NCBI GenBank assembly: GCA_964392445.1
Contig: CAYMPD010000009.1
Coordinates: 1 to 35,099, forward strand
From: an uncultured archaeon
Lineage (GTDB): Archaea > Aenigmatarchaeota > Aenigmatarchaeia > CG10238-14
Direction: 5' to 3'
DNA: 35,099 nt
Below are positions 7,468-16,392 of the stretch, piece by piece (the first letter of the stretch is position 1; the number at the start of each line of letters is the position of its first letter). The position numbers were made by a program, and so were the translations under genes. A model generated the notes under the pieces. The model saw only the letters and a list, made by a program, of their open reading frames with translations, did not search any database and was not told the origin of the DNA.

Positions 7468-7500
7468 AAAATAAAAAAATAGCAGGTTAGCCAGACCTGC
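7468..7500 (-). terminator. Hairpin plus oligo-T terminator candidate for the minus-strand late operon
   Basis: Stem gcaggt/acctgc (7482-7487, 7495-7500) followed on the minus strand by a T-rich tract; lies in the gap between convergent gene blocks. Confidence 0.4.
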
Positions 7501-7642
7501 CTGCGGAACGGAACTTAGAACTTATTCCCTTTTTATTGGGTAGAACTTCCTTTACCCAATCTCTATTTAGTTGTATTCGTATAAATCTATTGTCGTTATG
7601 AACTAGTGAATACTATTTAAGGATATTAATATAGAAATGTGA

Positions 7643-7960
7643 TTAGAAGAGCGGAAAGAAGACTATACTTAACTCTCGTAGGAAATTGAGAAATAGTACT
7701 ACTGCCCCACCGTAAAGTATAATTCTTACAAACTTGTAATTCACTTCTCCAAGCAGAACACCCCCCATAACAAAAATTGTTAGTACCAGAGAACCAAGTG
7801 GATTTCCATCTAAAATCAATCTCATTACAGGATTACCTTCCTTGATGTAATGATTTCTGAATAGCATTGTTAGAATGTAAGACCCAAACCAGGATAAGGC
7901 AAATATAATTCTTGCCAGGTTTTCTATCCTCCAATTAGTACTATCTTCGCTGTCAACCAT
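7643..7960 (-). CDS. Small multi-pass membrane protein (DUF5658-like E-x-N-P motif)
   Basis: Three hydrophobic segments; EGNPVMR motif. Confidence 0.6.
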   Translation of the reverse strand: MVDSEDSTNWRIENLARIIFALSWFGSYILTMLFRNHYIKEGNPVMRLILDGNPLGSLVLTIFVMGGVLLGEVNYKFVRIILYGGAVVLFLNFLRELSIVFFPLF

Positions 7961-8139
7961 AAGTTTCCACCCATCAGTAATGTAAGAAAGGATATCAGTA
8001 TTCCCACAAAAATTTTATAGATCCGGTCTTCCCACGGATTTTTATCGTGTTGTTTCTTCTGAAGACTAATCAAAAGCTCTTGATTTTTAGCCATCATCTC
8101 TACAATATTTAATATCCTTCTTGCTTCGTGGTTATCCAT
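7924..8139 (-). CDS. Small protein with C-terminal transmembrane helix
   Basis: Amphipathic N-terminus, then IFVGILISFLTLLMGGNLWL. Confidence 0.6.
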   Translation of the reverse strand: MDNHEARRILNIVEMMAKNQELLISLQKKQHDKNPWEDRIYKIFVGILISFLTLLMGGNLWLTAKIVLIGG

Positions 8140-8150
8140 GTAATTCTTTC

Positions 8151-8405
8151 CTATTTTTTTTTCTTCACTGCATGATATGCAAAATCTGATACCAATGCTG
8201 AACCTGGTGGTAATCCTAGTGCCCCTAAACCTAGACCTTGTGCTCCAACCCTAAAGATTGTTGCAAAAACTCTACCAAATTCAACAGGTAATAGTTTCTT
8301 TGCTTCAGCACAATTCTCTGCATATCCTAACGCTGCTCTTGCTATAGCCACTAAAATATGTGGAACTACAGGGTTATTTACGATTTGTTCTACAGGTATA
8401 TTCAT
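8151..8405 (-). CDS. Small hydrophobic protein, holin-like by position
   Basis: Two hydrophobic or Gly-rich segments, KKKK C-terminus, GAGGTGA RBS. Confidence 0.55.
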   Translation of the reverse strand: MNIPVEQIVNNPVVPHILVAIARAALGYAENCAEAKKLLPVEFGRVFATIFRVGAQGLGLGALGLPPGSALVSDFAYHAVKKKK

Positions 8406-8427
8406 TTATTTTCTCACCTCATGAGTA

Positions 8428-8802
8428 TTATCTTACTATAATTTTTGTGGTAATTGTACTAGTTCCAGAGACGGTAAATCTCATTCCAGCACACATTGGT
8501 ACTTCACCAACCCAATAATAATCACTTCCATCGGTCTCAAAATCATTAGTAGAATCTAGAGTTTTCCAAAGATAAAATTCTGTCTCTGACCATCCTAGCC
8601 AAACACTAATAACAACGTCGGCTGTTGATTTAACAAACAAACTAAATTTTTCCCTACCAATCCAGAAAGGAGAATCAACATCATAATTGGTCCCATTATT
8701 CATTACTTGATCAAATAGAGTTTGTATTTCAAAATCAACAGCTGCGGTTTTAATTTCCTCTCTGGGAACTTCAAACTGCAATGAAATTGGTTTTCTAGCC
8801 AC
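8428..8802 (-). CDS. Beta-rich hypothetical protein, probably structural
   Basis: Overlaps the end of the large upstream gene; alternating hydrophobic strand pattern. Confidence 0.6.
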   Translation of the reverse strand: MARKPISLQFEVPREEIKTAAVDFEIQTLFDQVMNNGTNYDVDSPFWIGREKFSLFVKSTADVVISVWLGWSETEFYLWKTLDSTNDFETDGSDYYWVGEVPMCAGMRFTVSGTSTITTKIIVR

Positions 8803-11800
8803 CGGTGCTCACCTTCGTATCTGCATAAATTATCGGAGACCAGGTTCCATAAGGAGCCGAGTTTCCTGGAGTGTTATTAGCCCATATCCAAAAACATTTA
8901 GGAGAATTGAATCCTGTGTTGTTAAAAACCCAGTTATCCGTTTGATTAGTAACTTCACTAACATTTTCAGAGTCATAATGAGTACCATTTATCCAGAGAG
9001 ATATATTGTATAGCTCCGATGTATTAGATGCCAGAATAACTGATATGTTATAGATTTGTCCAGATTGCGTATTATTAATACAGAGAGGAGCTACAGTAGA
9101 AGATTGACCAACAGGTTCTTCTTTATTAAAAGTCTGATCAGTAAAAGACCAATAAAGAATTGTACCTTTGGTGCTATTAACATAAAAATCAATTCCAGGA
9201 TCAAGAATAATAGTAGAAGTGTTAGTTGAACTGACGGTATGATTTTCATCAGCAACACATTTAGATACCATTGCGTAATTGTAGGAAGGATAAACGGAAT
9301 TATTCATACTACCCAAAATGGTAGCGCTTTCAGTTCCATTTTTATTTTCAGTATTTCCAGTCACATTTAGAGTGAAGTTTGCTTCATTGGTAGAAGAATC
9401 ACACACAACTGTTAAATTAAAATCTTGTCCTCGATAATATGTGTAAGAACTGTTAGCAGTCCCATTTTGATAATTGATAGCATTGGTGGACTTTTTTGTT
9501 ACATCAAATTCTATAAATGAAGAATTCATATTTCCCCATGAATCATTAGCATAAAGTGTAAGATTGTGATCATTTCCGACTGCAAGCGATAGAGTAGTAT
9601 TCCAGGTGCTAATATTTGAATCTGTAACATTTGCAGCACCATTCAATGAATAAGCAGTCCAATTAGCATATTCTCCATAGGAAATATTTAGTTCAATCCC
9701 GTTCGCTGAATATGTGTAAGACGAATTTAAAGGGGTCGTAGTGTCTAACAACGGAGGAATACTTTCTCGTTTATAGAAATATACTTCATCAGATGTAATA
9801 TTTCCTGTTAAGGTATCCTTAGCATAAACTTGTAAGTAGTGAGATCCTATTGAAACTGATGTTAAATGAGTGTTTTGACATCCTGTTATAGTCGTATTAC
9901 TGCCACCATCTAAGATATACCAACATTCATTTGCACCTGTCTCCGTGATATTTAAATCTATTGTTGATGTACCATAAGTAGTATTTGTTGGATGATCCAG
10001 GCTTAAAGTTAATGCACTATCATCTATTTCCACAGTAGCATAATTTGTACATTCAACATTACCGATTGAATCATTAGCACATATCCGAATCCTCGCTGTG
10101 TCATTATCATCTAAATCACGATTTAAAAAATACCACGCCGCTCCCTCGTATGTTCCGGGAGATATTCTAGTATAATTTCTCCCATCGTATGTTGCATAAT
10201 ATTTGTGAACATTAGGTGTTCCTCCTTCAAATTGAAAAAACACCATCTCATCCCACCCTTTAATAGGTTGATAATGAGTAAAATAATCTTCTCCTGTTGT
10301 TATATCTATGATAAGGTCTTCCGAAATATTAGAACGAATTGCTCCTCTTCCTAGTGCTTGAACCTTTCCCTTTCCACCCCAATAAACATACCTGCTATCA
10401 ACATCTACTGGATAACCATATCCGTCATTACTCGAATCTGCGGTACCATCATCAATTACATTTAGAACATCTAAACCTGAATCCAATATCCAGAGCGTTC
10501 CGTTCTCCCCTACCAGATACAAATAACTCCCGTATGTATCCATGGTCATATCCCATGTATTGTCTATAATCCAATTTTCAACGAATGAACAATCGGATTT
10601 ATCCCATTTTGTTACATTTCCATCAACATCTGTAGAAAATATATAATCCGATATTCCACCTAAGTGGATTGTTTCATCAGATCCTGTTCCATTACATTCA
10701 TGTGATAATGAAGATGAGTTCCACTTATAAACTACACCTCCATCTGAAGGATAACAACTTGTTGTGTAAACATAATTTCCACTTAAATACACATCATGCA
10801 CGGTTTCTGGTGTGATAATTGAATCATCAAGTGACATAGAAGTATAGTTCCATTTCTGGAGACCAGAATTTACTTTATATCGAGAAGCATAAAGAAAAGT
10901 GTTGAAATCAAATCCTGTTAAAAGACTAGAACCTGCATCGGTTTCACTTGAAATTGTTAAATCGTCATTTGTTATGATAATAAATTTTCCTGTGGAATTA
11001 GTAACACCTAATGCTACAGTTGAATCATCTTTAACATCTATAGCAGTGAGATTAGCTTTAATATTTAAAGTTCCTCCAGAACTGAACCCTGTACTCGTGT
11101 AATTAGTATAACTCCCAGTCTCATTACTTTCAATCCATACCAAATCAAGGCTCGACGTATCATCTTTAACCCGTGTTGATATTTCAACTGACATATTAGA
11201 ACTAATCGCACCTCCTACTGGATCAGATTCAAAAACGGGACCTGTTGTATCTTGTGTCCAATAAACTGTTGAACTTCCCATATTTCCTTCTGAATCGTTG
11301 GCATAAACGGTAACATAGTGAACGCCATCAGATAACGAGGTTGTGGTATTGTATTCATTTACTTTTCCAGTGGTTGAATTAGCATTACCATCTATTGAAT
11401 AAGCTCCCCAGTCCACTGTTTCTCCGAAAGTAATATTCAACTCATTGGAAGATGTAGTATCATTTTGTGGTACAACTATCGATATAGTAGGTGAAGCTGT
11501 GTCTTCAGCAGTCCCATTAAAGTATTGAAATTCATAAAAATCATCAAGCTCAGAAGATGCTGAACACCCTGATCCTGCATCTTCTGAAGAAGTGGTATTC
11601 AAAATAATATATCTCCCCATTTTTTCATCGAGCTCAACTTCAAACCATCTGTTTTTTTCTTCAATTTCTTCATTACATACACAATTACTAGTTTTCCTTA
11701 AATTATTTCCCCAATCACTCGTAGAATTAGATATATGAACATAATCGATATTTGTGGGTTCCAATTCACATCGATGATAAAAAACTCTCACATAAGTTAT

Positions 11801-12556
11801 TGTGTTTGAATTGGAACCCGTATCTCCATAAATCCACCATTCCCCTTCATTTCGGTCCGTATAATCAGCCCATGAAGTACCTCCTATATTTCCATCACAA
11901 GCATAATCATCGGGTTTGCCTGATTCTTGATCGACCCCAACACAGCTGCTTGGAGATTTCCATTCTCCGATATCAGTACCTGAAATATTTAAAAAAATTC
12001 TGTTATTGTTGTAGTATCCCTGATCCTCTTTTTCTTGATAAAAATAACACATATCATCTTGGTTATAGCTCACAAGCATAAAAGTAATATTATTATCATG
12101 ACTAGATAATGATGATTGAACTTTCGATGTAACATCCCAACAACCCCATATATTTTCTGAGAAGTCCGCATAATCTAATTCCTGATCAGCCGAAGGAGCA
12201 TTTGTCCAGGTCACAGTATCATCATCCCATAAATGACCGTCCGAAACTGAATATATATACAGTCTGGAACTATCCGAAAATTCTGAACCATCACAGTAGG
12301 CACAAACAGTCGCCCCAGTTATAGATTTTCCCTTCCATGGTCTCAAGGAAAATTTTATCAGTCCTCGTCTGTCCGAAGTAGTGTCTTCTTTCCAAACCGC
12401 AAACCCATAAGTTCCCCCACCATCTTGATTTACATTAGGACTATCTTCTTTAATATCACAATCTTCTAACAGAGTTGCTTTACTCTCATCAGCATTTACA
12501 TTCCATAAGGATATTAAATAGACTAATAAAAATATTAAAATAATTTTCATTTTCAT
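8795..12556 (-). CDS. Large secreted adhesin-like glycoprotein 2 (DNRLRE-like, discoidin/F5-8C-like, Ig-like repeats, beta-propeller-like segment, shared C-terminal domain)
   Basis: Start at 12556 gives signal peptide MKMKIILIFLLVYLISLWNVNA; DRRGLIKFSL motif; DT..P.I..(P)QN.T Ig-type repeats; dozens of N-x-S/T sequons; paired Cys. Confidence 0.8.
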   Translation of the reverse strand: MKMKIILIFLLVYLISLWNVNADESKATLLEDCDIKEDSPNVNQDGGGTYGFAVWKEDTTSDRRGLIKFSLRPWKGKSITGATVCAYCDGSEFSDSSRLYIYSVSDGHLWDDDTVTWTNAPSADQELDYADFSENIWGCWDVTSKVQSSLSSHDNNITFMLVSYNQDDMCYFYQEKEDQGYYNNNRIFLNISGTDIGEWKSPSSCVGVDQESGKPDDYACDGNIGGTSWADYTDRNEGEWWIYGDTGSNSNTITYVRVFYHRCELEPTNIDYVHISNSTSDWGNNLRKTSNCVCNEEIEEKNRWFEVELDEKMGRYIILNTTSSEDAGSGCSASSELDDFYEFQYFNGTAEDTASPTISIVVPQNDTTSSNELNITFGETVDWGAYSIDGNANSTTGKVNEYNTTTSLSDGVHYVTVYANDSEGNMGSSTVYWTQDTTGPVFESDPVGGAISSNMSVEISTRVKDDTSSLDLVWIESNETGSYTNYTSTGFSSGGTLNIKANLTAIDVKDDSTVALGVTNSTGKFIIITNDDLTISSETDAGSSLLTGFDFNTFLYASRYKVNSGLQKWNYTSMSLDDSIITPETVHDVYLSGNYVYTTSCYPSDGGVVYKWNSSSLSHECNGTGSDETIHLGGISDYIFSTDVDGNVTKWDKSDCSFVENWIIDNTWDMTMDTYGSYLYLVGENGTLWILDSGLDVLNVIDDGTADSSNDGYGYPVDVDSRYVYWGGKGKVQALGRGAIRSNISEDLIIDITTGEDYFTHYQPIKGWDEMVFFQFEGGTPNVHKYYATYDGRNYTRISPGTYEGAAWYFLNRDLDDNDTARIRICANDSIGNVECTNYATVEIDDSALTLSLDHPTNTTYGTSTIDLNITETGANECWYILDGGSNTTITGCQNTHLTSVSIGSHYLQVYAKDTLTGNITSDEVYFYKRESIPPLLDTTTPLNSSYTYSANGIELNISYGEYANWTAYSLNGAANVTDSNISTWNTTLSLAVGNDHNLTLYANDSWGNMNSSFIEFDVTKKSTNAINYQNGTANSSYTYYRGQDFNLTVVCDSSTNEANFTLNVTGNTENKNGTESATILGSMNNSVYPSYNYAMVSKCVADENHTVSSTNTSTIILDPGIDFYVNSTKGTILYWSFTDQTFNKEEPVGQSSTVAPLCINNTQSGQIYNISVILASNTSELYNISLWINGTHYDSENVSEVTNQTDNWVFNNTGFNSPKCFWIWANNTPGNSAPYGTWSPIIYADTKVSTGG

Positions 12557-12558
12557 AT

Positions 12559-13089
12559 TTAATCCTCTATCTGACCCCATACTGCCCACGCATCCAAAAT
12601 CTTTTGAGTACTATCACTTCTATTATAAATCCAAACTTTAAGATGTTCTTTGTAAGTTAAAGGTTCTGCAGGAGCAAATATTATTCCATAATAACTTAAA
12701 ACAGGATTCCATATGTTACATCCTAATCCAATTCCCGAAGCAACTGTGGTAACTCCGATTCCAGTACAGAGATATGTATGTACATCCTCAGGAGAAAAAT
12801 CAAAATATGTTGATTGATCTTCAAATTGAATTCTTAATTTTAATTCAGATTTATTCTTCGCTATTACAACAACTCCCACAAGGAATCCTTTTCCAGTATG
12901 ATTTATCAATTCTGATGTAGAACGGCTGTCAACGTTTTCTTCTTCGATTCTGTTGAAGTGGGTTGATATTCTTTCCCAGTAAGTTGAGTTTTTTAACGAA
13001 TCAGCATCAACTTCCGCCCTATTTCCAGAATCATCTACGATAATAACTTCTCTTTCTCCTCCGGTTAAATTTAACGAACCTAAAGCCAA
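12559..13089 (-). CDS. Beta-rich hypothetical protein, probably structural
   Basis: Tiles in the late operon; GGTGAG RBS upstream. Confidence 0.65.
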   Translation of the reverse strand: MALGSLNLTGGEREVIIVDDSGNRAEVDADSLKNSTYWERISTHFNRIEEENVDSRSTSELINHTGKGFLVGVVVIAKNKSELKLRIQFEDQSTYFDFSPEDVHTYLCTGIGVTTVASGIGLGCNIWNPVLSYYGIIFAPAEPLTYKEHLKVWIYNRSDSTQKILDAWAVWGQIED

Positions 13090-13099
13090 TTTAACTCAC

Positions 13100-13453
13100 C
13101 TACAAACTTTTTAAATATTTAACTACATCGGAATCTCTTAACATTCCACGATTTTCTTCCCATCTTGCCCATAAGGATTCTAAAGTGTCAGCCCATTCAG
13201 TAACCGTACCGAAGTTGTCAATTGAATGTAAAACAGCATAGAAAGCTGATAGATTTGTTGCAGCATCTCTTATTAAACCATGTTTGTTAGCATTGAACGA
13301 ATTAGGATCCCTAAAAGAATGTTTCATAAAAGAATCTATAACTCCCTCTACCATAGTTATTATATTCTCTATTTCAGTATCTGATAAACTACCTGTATCT
13401 ATCTGATCACATCTATCCTTTACCAAAGTTGCAGTTGTATAATAAACCGTCAT
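13100..13453 (-). CDS. Head-completion/adaptor protein (gp6/gp15-like helical fold)
   Basis: YTTATLVK...SDTEIENIITMVEGVIDSFM...IRDAATNLSAFY pattern; downstream of MCP. Confidence 0.65.
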   Translation of the reverse strand: MTVYYTTATLVKDRCDQIDTGSLSDTEIENIITMVEGVIDSFMKHSFRDPNSFNANKHGLIRDAATNLSAFYAVLHSIDNFGTVTEWADTLESLWARWEENRGMLRDSDVVKYLKSL

Positions 13454-14062
13454 TTAACCACCTACAATACCCTTTGTTATTTTTAACAATCCCATAACGT
13501 CTTCTCTCAGATATAATTTTCCATAATATCTTGTGTGAGCTGTACGCTCAAAACCAAATAATTTTTCTAGTGATTCTAATTTCATTGTAGATTTAATATT
13601 CTTTAACTTCCCTTTTTCCTTCATACGTTTCAAAAATTGAAACACATCAAAATGGATGAACTTTCGCAGAGTTTTTCCCATCTTAATTTTATGATTCCAG
13701 GATCTCATTAATAAGACTGGGATATCATAATTTTTTCCGTTGTAAGTGACAAGCGTTGACCCTATAGGAAATTTATCTAACCACTCAATAAAATATTCAA
13801 TAATTCTTCTTTCTCCAGAAAAATCCTGTTCGTCTGAGCGGAATTGTTTTACTTTATCTTCTCCTCCTTCACTTATTATCCCTGCTCCTATCTCATATAT
13901 TGGATCATCCCCTTTTGAGATTACTTTACCTATAGGACTAGTACCAATATCAAAACCTATTATATGACCAGTTCTACCTGGAAGATTTTTTCTGTAGAGA
14001 ATTCTTGATATTCTCTCTGATTCCTTTAGTATTATTTTACTAACCATTTTAATCACTAACAA
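13454..14062 (-). CDS. RNase H-like 3'-5' exonuclease (YprB/RNase_H_2-like), possibly inactive
   Basis: GFDIGT, VTYNGKNYDIP, HFDVF, LESLE...GFER and Y..EDV motifs; the first motif has G where D-x-E is usual. Confidence 0.7.
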   Translation of the reverse strand: MLVIKMVSKIILKESERISRILYRKNLPGRTGHIIGFDIGTSPIGKVISKGDDPIYEIGAGIISEGGEDKVKQFRSDEQDFSGERRIIEYFIEWLDKFPIGSTLVTYNGKNYDIPVLLMRSWNHKIKMGKTLRKFIHFDVFQFLKRMKEKGKLKNIKSTMKLESLEKLFGFERTAHTRYYGKLYLREDVMGLLKITKGIVGG

Positions 14063-14675
14063 ATTTTATATCGAATGCAGCCTTCTTTTTTCCATGAACA
14101 AATCCCTGCGTTTGTTTTATAGATTTAATCGTTCTCTTGAACAGATTTAAAAAATCAGGACCTACTAGTCCAAAATCAAATCTCTGGGTAGCTAGATAAC
14201 CAGCATAATAACAAGATGCCTGGGCAACCCTATCCCAATCTGGTTCTTCTATTAGTTTCCAATAAGCATAATCACAAAACAAACCGATTTCTGCACCTGT
14301 AGAAGAATTATCATCATCAGTAGGTGCAGAAGAAAGAGTTATTATTCCATCTCTAGAATTTACTGTTGACACCGTTAGTTCATGTGAATATTCATTATTT
14401 TCATCATCCGTGTAATATTTTCCATGGACTGTGACGTCTTCTGAATTTATAGTTTTATCTCTCGTGATATCCGCAATTGGTTTAAATTTAGTTGTGAATT
14501 CCATGTTTGAACCATTAATTGTACCCTCTAATTCTTCGTCAAATATTTTTACGATAATCTGGTTAACAGTAAATTTATCTGCTTCATCAAGAATCATCAT
14601 AATGTCATTATCTTCGAGATCTTTCTCTTGGATTCCAGTATAATGTCTGAAGTTTTCAATAGTTGTAAATCCCAT
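14049..14675 (-). CDS. Head-completion/adaptor-like protein with inserted beta domain
   Basis: FTTIENFRHYTGI...DIMMILDEA N-terminus and RVAQASCYYAGYLA C-terminus flank a beta-rich insert (GTINGSN.EF...GIITLSSAP). Confidence 0.6.
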   Translation of the reverse strand: MGFTTIENFRHYTGIQEKDLEDNDIMMILDEADKFTVNQIIVKIFDEELEGTINGSNMEFTTKFKPIADITRDKTINSEDVTVHGKYYTDDENNEYSHELTVSTVNSRDGIITLSSAPTDDDNSSTGAEIGLFCDYAYWKLIEEPDWDRVAQASCYYAGYLATQRFDFGLVGPDFLNLFKRTIKSIKQTQGFVHGKKKAAFDIKFVSD

Positions 14676-14679
14676 TTAT

Positions 14680-14889
14680 CTAACCTGCATGTTTGATTGT
14701 AGCCGTAAATAAACTCGAACCATCATCTCCGCTTCCGTAATGCTCAATATTTATCACTTGCTCTTTGGATATCTTATGTGTTTGTAACCAATTACAAACT
14801 CCTCGAGCTGTGCCTTGAATTACCCACCAAGGACTACCAGAGCCTTCTTCTCCAGTAACCTCATGGGTCATTACAAGCTGTTCTGGCAT
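14680..14889 (-). CDS. Small hypothetical protein, paralog A
   Basis: Shares PW.V..GTA..V...L......KE.VINI.H.G with 14890-15054. Confidence 0.75.
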   Translation of the reverse strand: MPEQLVMTHEVTGEEGSGSPWWVIQGTARGVCNWLQTHKISKEQVINIEHYGSGDDGSSLFTATIKHAG

Positions 14890-15054
14890 TTATGGTCCCT
14901 TTCTAAAGAACGCATAGAAATTAGTTCCGTCATGTACTATATTTATGACGTCCTCTTTTCCGACGTTCTGATTTTTTAAATGTCCTGCTACTTCAGCTGC
15001 TGTCCCATAAGCAACACACCAGGGTAAATTATCATTATCAACTGTAACGCTCAT
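14890..15054 (-). CDS. Small hypothetical protein, paralog B, not in the ORF track (MSVTVDNDNLPWCVAYGTAAEVAGHLKNQNVGKEDVINIVHDGTNFYAFFRKGP)
   Basis: Translated by hand; fills the gap exactly; GAGGAGG RBS; similar to its neighbour. Confidence 0.8.
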   Translation of the reverse strand: MSVTVDNDNLPWCVAYGTAAEVAGHLKNQNVGKEDVINIVHDGTNFYAFFRKGP

Positions 15055-15857
15055 AATAGTACCTCCTCTAATAATTCAACCTGATCATCCCTTATTGGAA
15101 CTGCATCCTCAATTAACAATTCTCTAAGTTCGTCTACAGTCGTACATATTCTTTTAAGGTCTTCCACAGTTTTTGGACCAATCCCTTTGATGTTGAGTAA
15201 CCTTTTGAGATCAGATTTTGGGCCAACCTGTTTGGTCTTTTTCCCATCTGATTTGGAATCCTCTTCAGGTTCCTCTGGTTCCTCATCCTCTTCAGGCTCT
15301 TCCTCCTGTTCAGGCTCAATAGGTTCTGATTTTTCCTCTGCCATTCCAAGTTGTTTGTCTATGGATTCTAAAACTGCTTGCCTTTTTCTATTATTAACTT
15401 CCATAGATCTGATTCTGTTTAATGAATCATCATCTAATTTTCTCACATCCTTTGCTATCTCTAAAGATTCCCTGTTCAAGAATCTTGGTATATCTTTTGT
15501 TGCCACCATGAAATATTGTGATCCATCCTTGACATCTGTTACTTTTCTTAAACCATGAAATTCCGCCTGTGGTTCTTTCGGAGCTTCCTCCTCCTTGTGC
15601 GGTTCTGGTTTCTTTTCTCCTTCTACAGATGCTACTCTGGTAATTCCTTTTGCTTCGTCTTTCCTGGTCTCAATCTTTTTTGGTGGTTTACTCACTGCTG
15701 CCTGCGCATCTTTTGCTGTATCGAAAACATCGAATACCTTTGGGTTTGGTTTATACCCTTCAGGTACTGGACATGGCTCAGTCTTGCTACAGGAAAATAA
15801 AGTATTCCCTATAGACCTTATTGGCCATGAATCTTTTACCTTCATATACTTTGTCAT
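15051..15857 (-). CDS. Acidic low-complexity protein with C-terminal helix-hairpin-helix DNA-binding motif
   Basis: LLNIKGIGPKTVEDL is an HhH motif; E/P-rich linkers; start at MTKY (15857) follows a GGAGG RBS. Confidence 0.7.
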   Translation of the reverse strand: MTKYMKVKDSWPIRSIGNTLFSCSKTEPCPVPEGYKPNPKVFDVFDTAKDAQAAVSKPPKKIETRKDEAKGITRVASVEGEKKPEPHKEEEAPKEPQAEFHGLRKVTDVKDGSQYFMVATKDIPRFLNRESLEIAKDVRKLDDDSLNRIRSMEVNNRKRQAVLESIDKQLGMAEEKSEPIEPEQEEEPEEDEEPEEPEEDSKSDGKKTKQVGPKSDLKRLLNIKGIGPKTVEDLKRICTTVDELRELLIEDAVPIRDDQVELLEEVLL

Positions 15858-15870
15858 TATTATCTTCCTC

Positions 15871-16059
15871 CTATGCTGAAGCCGTGAAATACGCCCACGT
15901 AACTCCTCCATCAGTATTCATAAACAATCTGTCTGTTGTCCCACTTGAATCCAACTTAATATATAATGTCCCTTTAGGGGCTACATGTGTTGGAGATCCT
16001 CTCCCTTCCTGGATTCTAATTCCTCCCATTCTAAATTCGTTTGTTTTTGTTGAAGCCAT
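15871..16059 (-). CDS. Small fibre-like or structural protein
   Basis: GRGSPTHVAPKGTLYI...LFMNTDGGVTW resembles the G.G.P....G.LY repeats of viral fibre proteins. Confidence 0.55.
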   Translation of the reverse strand: MASTKTNEFRMGGIRIQEGRGSPTHVAPKGTLYIKLDSSGTTDRLFMNTDGGVTWAYFTASA

Positions 16060-16325
16060 CAGTTGTCCTCCTCTTTTGGTTTAATTTTATCTTTAATTTG
16101 TTTGACTAATCCTTTCTTAGGTTCAATTATTTTTTCTACCTGGACATCACTAATTTCTCCTTTCTCAATATCTTTCTTTGTAGCACCTGCGGGCATCTTA
16201 CTAGATTTCCATCCTTTAGCTTTGAACGGTAATTTGACAGATGTATTTCCTTCTGCTTCTCTCTGGCTCATCGCCAGTTCCATTATACTCTTTCCACCCA
16301 TGTGTATAGTTCTTTTTTCAGCCAT
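16059..16325 (-). CDS. Hypothetical protein
   Basis: One-base overlap with the next gene; GGGGAGG RBS. Confidence 0.6.
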   Translation of the reverse strand: MAEKRTIHMGGKSIMELAMSQREAEGNTSVKLPFKAKGWKSSKMPAGATKKDIEKGEISDVQVEKIIEPKKGLVKQIKDKIKPKEEDN

Positions 16326-16392
16326 TAAACATCGACCTCCCCGATGAACCCTAATATTTTCAACCCCTTCTTCCCATTTAAATTATAACTCA

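Noticed and set aside
9674-9684. Additional TCCA-N3-GAAA match
   Set aside because: Isolated, inside a coding region, no G-string; about what chance predicts for an 8-base pattern in 35 kb.
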